Positions 45,789 through 64,000 of a DNA stretch of 64,000 nucleotides are shown piece after piece. The translations under genes were made by a program, and so were the position numbers. Source of the DNA: the human T2T-CHM13v2.0 reference genome, Homo sapiens. The stretch lies in assembly GCF_009914755.1 (NCBI RefSeq), contig NC_060933.1; one strand, given 5' to 3'. The notes under the pieces were generated by a model that saw only the letters and a list, made by a program, of their open reading frames with translations, searched no databases and was not told the DNA's origin. The number at the start of each line of letters is the position of its first letter. Position 1 is the first letter of the stretch.

Positions 45789-45929
45789 GCAAATCCACCC
45801 TGTTTGCTGTCTACTGTGCAGTATATCAGTAGCTTTTATGCTAGCTGTCTGTCTGGAGAGGAGTCCTATTGGTGGATGCAGTTCACAGCAGCAGTAGAAT
45901 TCATTAAAACCATCGATGACCGAAAGTGA
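45789..45929 (+). CDS. GAPVD1: GAPVD1 last coding exon (ANPPCLLSTV...GEESYWWMQF...IDDRK*)
   Basis: ttctctAG acceptor; TGA at 45927-45929; VPS9 C-terminal GExxY motif. Confidence 0.97.
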   Translation, partial: ANPPCLLSTVQYISSFYASCLSGEESYWWMQFTAAVEFIKTIDDRK

Positions 45930-47400
45930 CCAAGACCAAGGCCCACCAAGGCAGCAGACTGTTAATCAGACAAACAGATCTCTGAGAAGGTGCATCAGCT
46001 GCTTTGAAGGCTGAAGATTGTTTTGTATGATACTGCACAGCATCAGGCATTTTAAAGCAGATCTTTACTAAACAGGTTAATGAGCTAACAAGCAGGTTCT
46101 CTCGTCTTTGGGCTCTTTCCTTTCTGAGTTGCATATTCTATTTTCTTGTCCCCAAGTAGAGACTAGTACTACAAAAAGGGACCACATTTTTCAAGTATTT
46201 CTAAGTATAAAAAACAAAACAAAAATCTCTTAGGAAATGTCTAGACCTCCATTCTTGGATTCCCTTTCTTTCCTTTTATTTTAAAAAAGAACAGTACCCC
46301 TCTTTTAAGATGCTGTCTTACATTAATGAGCATCTAATGGAAAGAAGGTATGAGTTGCACTGAGGATTAGAATAGTGGTGCGTTAGTGGCATTATCTATA
46401 AATACACTCACCTAAATTGAAAGCTAAGAAGGAAATGTAAATATAATATATATTTATATTTGATGTAATATGGACATCTGCAGATTCTAATAAACAAGGA
46501 CTATTGCTGATAGTAGGCTGTGACATACTGTCTTGTGAAATGGTTTCCTTGACAAAATTTAAGCTGAGCTTAAAAGCAAAAAACAAAAAGTACACAGAAA
46601 TATTTATTAAAATGTAATACAGTTTATTGAACTTTCTAGGTATGGAGTTTGATGGACAGGGCTGCCTTTAATGAGTGTGAAGGTCACTAAGTCACTTAGA
46701 CATCTCACCGTGGAAGTTTGTGAGCCTGCATTAGGAGATAGACTGATTACCATACATGACATAAAAAGGAACAGTGGATAGCTCATACTTTATGGTGGTT
46801 CTTCTCCTCCGAAATAATATACTGCAGAAATCCCAGACAGAGCTCCTTACAAACCTTTAATTGTAATATATTTTTGATGATTATTCACATTGAATGCACA
46901 GACCAAGAATTCAGTGAATGTCATTTTTTAAAAAACTAATTTGTATTGTCTGCTCTAGTGATACAAGTTTTACTAGTGATAAACTATTTTAATCAACCAT
47001 ACTATTCTTATGGAAAAAAATATCTATTTTGGCAGGTTTCTGTGCCTTTATTTCCCTCTTCTGAAAAAAAGTCTGTGTTTTCATAGTTTGGTTTGCATTG
47101 TATATCAATAATTAATCAGGAATGGGTTTTGGTGCCTGAAAAATTGGCCATGGAGGCACACCAAAGCTTCAAGCACAAGTCTTGTACATGGGCCATCACT
47201 GTCTGGTTTCACTTCGTGTGTTTCCTAAACACATTTAGCTGCTTTTTTAACAAACTCAGCCCCATACTTGAGTCCCTTGTTGTTGGGAGCATTTCCAGGC
47301 ATCTTTTAAGGGAACTGTGACAAACAGCCTCGGGCAGATGAACACGGAGGCTCTCTGTTGTCTGTCTCTGAGATCTTTGTGTCTGGGAATGCCTAAAGAT

Positions 47401-49243
<1,843 letters not shown>

Positions 49244-50359
49244 TGAAGGCCTTCTGATACAGATAGTTAAATCGCTGTAGTAGGAGGCTCAGGTTTTCTA
49301 AGGGATTGCAAATGTGCTGCATGGTTTTTCTGTTCCTATGTCCTGGAAGCCTTTGTTTAAAGTGGGCTTTACAAATGTGTCCCTGAGGTGCGTGAGCAAG
49401 AGAACAATCTCAGCCCCAATACGGGGGCTGTGTTCTTGCCGTAAGAATCTGTAGCTGACTGGTGTGCTGAACCCGGGCACTCTTTTTCCTATTGTTTGCC
49501 ATGGAAATTTCCACTTTGGACCGAGTAAGGTCAACTAGGTGTTTTAAAATTGTTTTTCTCCTATGTGATTGGGTGTGAAGAGGGAAAGTAGGAATACACT
49601 CAGAATTATTACTGGATTGCATAAAAGTGATAGAAGTGTAGTGGGGTTCACTTCCTCAATTGGTGCTTCCTAGATTTTTCTCTCCCGTCTCTTCCTGCTT
49701 TGTTTCTTTAAAGAAAAGGCTGTTGTCTCTCTTTTTAAATATTTAAGTCTAGTGAGTTTATTTTGTACGCAATTGCTTTAATTTTAAGGGAAGTAAATCT
49801 GAAACTATCTTGAAGCCCAAAGGATTTTTAGTAAGTGGATTAACAGTGATGAGGTATTTGCGATTACTTTAAATGCCAAAATGCTTGAGAACTTTGCCAG
49901 GTTAAAAATTACTTAATATATTTTAGAATGTAGGTTAGAAAGTAGTAGGACAAGGAATAGCTTTATTACTCTTGAGAACACTTGGATAAATGAAAATATA
50001 GTTTGCTTCCGTGTTAAGTTGTGGTTGAGCTATGGAGTGACCCTGGAGCTGCCGCATCCCACAGGCCTGAGCTCAGCAAGGGTTCAATTCAAGAGAGATG
50101 ACGTCTCCACTTGGATAATGGCAGACAGTGTGGGTAGCAGCCATGCACTAGGGGAATTCACCTCTGTCAAATTAATACTCTCCTGTCTACTGGATTCTTC
50201 TTGTGCTTCACCTGGATTAAAAAGCTGTACTGCCTCTTTTGAAACAGATAAAACCTTTCTATAAGTCTCAATTAATGAGCTTGCACAATCTTGTATATGT
50301 ACAGGAAACCCCTCCTGTCTCCTAATGTGATTAGTACTGTAAAATATTCTATAAAACTG

Positions 50360-50365
50360 ATTAAA
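50360..50365 (+). terminator. Distal polyadenylation signal (ATTAAA)
   Basis: Hexamer followed about 30 nt later by GTTTTATGTTTCTGTC. Confidence 0.5.
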
Positions 50366-50584
50366 AGGGGAGAGCAGTTTGATTCACAGGGTTTTATGTT
50401 TCTGTCATCTATTTTATATTCAGAAGCATTTCTGAAAACGTATTTGACTTCCGAATGTTCTGATGTTCTCCGTGAATTCACACACATCTTTTTTATCTGA
50501 ACAATAAGGGTGTTTGCTAAGTATGGCACAAGAAGGAACTAGAATGACCTGGCAGTAACTAACACAATGGTGAACATCTAAGGG

Positions 50585-59238
<8,654 letters not shown>

Positions 59239-62200
59239 TCACAGAGCCTTCACCTGGTAGTGGGCATTGTAAGGGCTGCACTTCACAGATGAGGAAGCCG
59301 AGGCTCAGACATGCAAAGGGGTTTATTCAAAGCCACATAGAAAATGCATGGCAGAGCCAGGATCCAAATCCAGGTCTAGAGGATGCCCAAATCTGTACTT
59401 TTAGCTACTGAGGGATCCTGTCTGCCCTCTGCAAAACCAGCCCCACAGCATTGTGAGGGCTCATGTGAACTGGGGAGCAAACTGTAGAGGATGGTGCCCA
59501 CAGCAGGTCCTTATTATCCTGATCCTGGTGTTTACTTCCCATGTGCACTCGAGTCCGTCAAGGGCAGGGCCAGACACCCGGGCATCTGTAGTGCCAGCAT
59601 GAAGCCTGGTGCCCAGCCGGCATCAGCAGATCAGATTGAATTTGAGCTGCCAGAGCAGGGAAGACCTGCTTTTCCACACGGGGCCCAGGGCCACTTCCCA
59701 GTGTCAAGGTCATGGTAAGGACAGACCGACAGTCTCCACCTCCTGATTCAGGAGGAGAAGGGGTGGGTGACCCACGCCTCCTCTTTGTAGCAGGCTGGCA
59801 CCTGGGCTCGCAGGCAGGGCCCAGAGGGAGGAGGCCTGGCGCTGAGGATCCGCCGCAGGCCCGGGAGGAAGCAGCAGGGCAGGCGGAATATAAATGCGGC
59901 TGTGAAGGCAGAGGAACAGATGAGGGAAAGCCTCCAGGTGATTGGGTGGAGAGGCCCCGCCAGGGCGGATGCCTCCTCTCTGTGCACAGATTGAGCCCAT
60001 GATGAAGATGAATGGAAACCCCTTTGCTGGAAAACGTGGGTAATCAAGAAGGCTACCGGTGCCGAGGGGCCCTCCCACCTGCCCGGAGCAGGGGAATATT
60101 AGGATTTGGAATTTCAGCAGCAGCCACATAGTTAGCACGGAAACTAGGCAAAACTGATATGCAGCCACCATTACAGGATAAATGGTGCAGGGCGCCTGGT
60201 AGCTTGGCAGGAGTTAGTGGACTCCAACTGCAGCTGTGGGAATCAGGCAGCTGCTTTCACAAAAGAAAGGCAGCCCGGGTTGGTGAAGACCCAGGGCCCA
60301 GCTTCCCACCCCTCCGTAGGGTGGCGTTAGCCACCAGACTTTCCTGCTGGTGGTTGTGGGATTCTCTTCAAGGCTGGTTCAGGGAGGGGATGGGAGATTG
60401 TTCTGGGGGTTTCTTAGCATTTGCCAACAAAAACTGAGCTTGCAGCGTTCAGCTCCCACCTGGGAGGCAGGACTGATGAAGACACTGTGTCTCCATCTTT
60501 CCAGACCAACAAAATCCCAATTTTTCTCAATATGTCCACGGCAGAGCGATACGTGATTATTTGGTCGCATGCACGGTGGACCAGGAAGAGAGGTTTGCTG
60601 AGTCAATGAATACTGTCGACAAGTTTGCAGGGGGCATGTTTAACTCACTTCAGGTGCTCTGGAAGCATTCGCACGATGGCTAAGCTAATTACAAATCACG
60701 CCTATTTATTCATTAAACAGGGCTTGGGGGAAATTCAAAGAGGCAACACTGCCTTAACATCATTCAATTTGCAGTCTGTGATTAAACGGAACACAGCTGC
60801 AAGACTCCAGAAATGTTGCTAATTTCTGCCTTTTCCCTGGTTCGGACTGACTTGTTCTCTGGGGGCTACACCTGTCCTTAAGTGGGGTCTTGTCATCCTT
60901 CAGCCCCTCAGTGGCTCACTGGCTGCTTGTGATGCTGGGCAAGTGCCTTCACTAGCCTGTGTCTCAGTTTCCTCATCTGTAAAGCGGGCTCACGAGCTCC
61001 TGGCTGCCAGGATTCCTGCAAGGAATAAGGGACACGTTGGATGTTCAGTGTTCCTTCTGGAACCCTGCTAATAGCTGTGTGCTGAAGTGTCCTTCTATGT
61101 CTTCCTCCTTGGCCCTTGTACACACATAGGCTGTCACAAAGACAGAGGCCCCAGGGTTCCCCAGACAGCCCATGACAAGCAAAGGCTGTAGCTGCTGCTC
61201 CCTTAGGGCTCCAGCATGGAGCCTGGCAGGCAGAGGCTCCTTGCCCAGCGCTGGCTGGAACTGGCCTGCTGCCTCCATTCTAGGTTGGGTCTTGAATAAT
61301 CCCACATCCAAGGTAACCCCTCAATCCTGAGCAAACTGAGATGGTTGGTCACCTTACCCAAGAGGGAAGGCTAGATTCTCAGGGTCCTGGACAGTCCCAG
61401 GCAAACCAGGACCATTGGTCACCCTGCTCTTGGTGCCCTTGAAACTCCTCTTATCGGAGTTCCTAAAAATAGAGCTAACTTTACCTTCAATCCCTGGAAA
61501 CATCTGGGAGGCCCAAGGGTTATTCATTATCATCAATAAATTATAAGAGCCAAACAGCCAACGTTTGCTTAGCATTTTCCGATTCATGAAGTGCTTTCAG
61601 TGTGTGGGATGTTTCGGATCTTCCTTTCCACGTGCTGAGTACCCACTGCTGGTGTGGGACATGTGAGTTCAGCAGCTGTGGGAGGAGCAGAGGGATCTGT
61701 CCCTTGTCCCCTGTGAGGCCATGGAGCTGGCAGCTCCTTGGATTCTTCCATCCTCAGCTCAGTGCCTAGTTCCTGTCCCTTGATTCTGTCATTCTTGTTA
61801 GACATTCTCCCATGTCTAGAAAGGATCCCCAGCCAGGAAATAAAATATTAGCTTGAACCCTATGCCATGTCCCTTTTTATAGATCTCAAGCAGATGAATA
61901 CGGGACATTTCACAGGGTTCCTCCTAATAGAGTACTGGTAATGTTCAGACCCAGGAGCAACATGAGGCACCTAGCTTCTCTGAGCTTCAGTTTCTCATCT
62001 GAAAGACGGGGATCTTAATTGTTTCTGCTTCCCCATGTTGCTGATGGAATTGAGTGATCCACGGAGGGATTTCAGCAGTGGTAGGCGCTCTCTCCATTGC
62101 AGCGTTTGCTATGGGCTTTGCATCTATGTGTGTCCTTTGTGTTTCCGGGTTGACTGGTCAGCGGCTGATAAACATTTGTTGAATGAAGGAGTGGAAGTAA

Positions 62201-63094
62201 ATGCATTTGTCTTCCTCCCATTGGTGTTTCCCAAATGACCTTGAACTCAGACAGGCTCTTCCTCTGCCCCACTTCCTTTGGAAGCCTCCCGGTAAAACAC
62301 CCCGTTTCCCATGGCTCCCCATGGAGGGCCTGATGGGTTTGGAGACATGTTTCCATCCCCCCTATGGTTTCTAAAACATACAAATCATTCTGGCTGCACG
62401 TCTGTGTTTCATTACTAGGAATGCACATTTGAAAACAACAGAGGGTGAGGTTTAAAAGCAACATGCAATTTTTATTACATATATCTCCAAATCTGCCATT
62501 AGGCCCGTCCCCGTGGTGTTATTGACCTTGATTCTTTCTCATTTGCATCCTGCATTTTTCATCCTTTGGAATATGGTGTTTTGGGACTTCTCCATCATTA
62601 AGTGGATTTACAGCAATTTCCCTGTGTGTTTTCTCCAAGGGATTCTGTTATGAGATGCACATTAAATCTCCATTAATACCTCATTATCCGACTGATAAGA
62701 TTACCATGATAATAAGGCAGAAATTCTAATTGTTTCACTTCTTATTGTGCCTTCCATTTAATCCTTTACTCTACCTGGAAGTTGGTCACGAGCTGGGGAG
62801 CACCAGGCAGAAAAAGACCTTCTGATTGGAGGACCGGAGGCTGGGACCACTGTGACCAATAGTGATTGGGGAAAGAAAGGAGGTGAAATGGTGTTTAAAT
62901 GCATTTCCTAGGGAAAAAGTTTCAGGGTGGAAAGCCATCTGGAGTGGGCCTTGTTGAATTCAGAGAGTGCCTATGTTCCAGTTCAGTACACATTCACACA
63001 TGTGCACACAGACACAACCACTCAAACACACGCACGCAAGACACACACACATGCACCCGGACTTCAAGCTTCAAGCTCAAGAGAGCCCAGATTC

Positions 63095-64000
63095 TTTTTT
63101 CTTTCTTTCTTTCTTTTTATTTTTTAGACAAGGTCTCACTCTGTTGCTCAGGCTGGAGTGCTGTGGCACGATCATGGCTCACTGCAGCCTTGACCTCCTG
63201 GAGTCAAGCAATCCTTCCACCTCAGCCTCCCAAGTAGCTGGGACCAAAGGCACATGCCACCATACCTGGCTAAGTTTTTTGTTTTCTGTTTTTTTGTTTT
63301 GTAGAGAGGGGGTCTCACTATGTTGCACAGGCTGGTCTCAAACTCCTGGGCTCAAGCGATATGCCTGCCTCAGCCTCTCAAAGTGCTGGGGTTACAGGCA
63401 TGAACCACTGTGCCCAGCCAAGAGAGCCCAGAATCTTGATGTCATGCTTTATTTTCCTACTGGCCTGGACCCCCTTCCAGAATGTTCCTAGCTCCAGAAG
63501 GCTGCATGAACCTCCCTTCCAGATGGATGAATTCACTGGACTGTCAGAGGGTGCTGAGCCAGCAGACCTTGGGGGTAGGGACCAGAGGGATGAAGACAGT
63601 GAGGGAAGAAGAGGCCTCTTCAAGGAGAGGCTTCGCCAGGCCCGTGTGTGAGGGGTGGTTCCCACCAGGATGTCTCTGGGTCCCCCAGGTGTGCTTGTCT
63701 GCTGCAGATCAGGTCCTTCCATCTGTTGGGGGTGGGGTGGTCCCTGGAGAACGGTCCTGGGAATGACAGGTTTCCAGGCTGTCAGGCTCAGAGTGCATGA
63801 GCTGTGCATGTGTCACCAGGAAATTCCCCAGAGCGGGGTGGCTTGAAATACCCGGGCTCCCCTCGGCCTTTATCCTGCCTCTTCCACCTGGAGAACAGCT
63901 CCCCAACTCCTGTGGGGTCCCTACCTTGAGGCAGAAGCAGTAGCTTGATCTCGGCTCACTGCAACCTCCCCCTCCCGGGTTCAGGCAATTCTCCTGCCTC
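63095..64000 (-). mobile_element. Antisense Alus at 63095-63420 and 63947-64000 (cut by the window edge)
   Basis: Alu motifs. Confidence 0.88.

Overview
Human (great-ape-type) genomic DNA. Positions ~1-50.4 kb hold the 3' two-thirds of GAPVD1 (GAPex-5/RAP6; RasGAP plus VPS9 Rab5 GEF) on the + strand. I traced 19 AG/GT-bounded coding exons that splice into one open frame from VLNMQLSDGG... to ...FIKTIDDRK* (stop 45927-45929), followed by a long 3' UTR with several poly(A) signals. The introns are dense in Alus and also carry an internally deleted antisense SVA, a full-length THE1 MaLR element with 5-bp TSDs, a Charlie1 hAT fossil, MER/MADE DNA transposons and old L1/L2/MIR. The last ~14 kb is intergenic, with a DNAJC15 processed pseudogene and repeat-free enhancer-like blocks. 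The most interesting signal is a hidden alternative-splicing hub in the phase-1 exon array encoding the disordered GAPVD1 linker: an 81-nt in-frame exon exonised from a hAT transposase, a candidate His-rich in-frame exon (DCHHHHHPHYH...), and candidate poison exons near RBFOX motifs. Also notable are an Alu-bracketed circRNA unit and a perfect 58-bp direct repeat bracketing a VPS9 exon. No prokaryotic system, CRISPR array or structural RNA gene was seen. Repeat family names come from recalled consensus sequences, and their boundaries are approximate.
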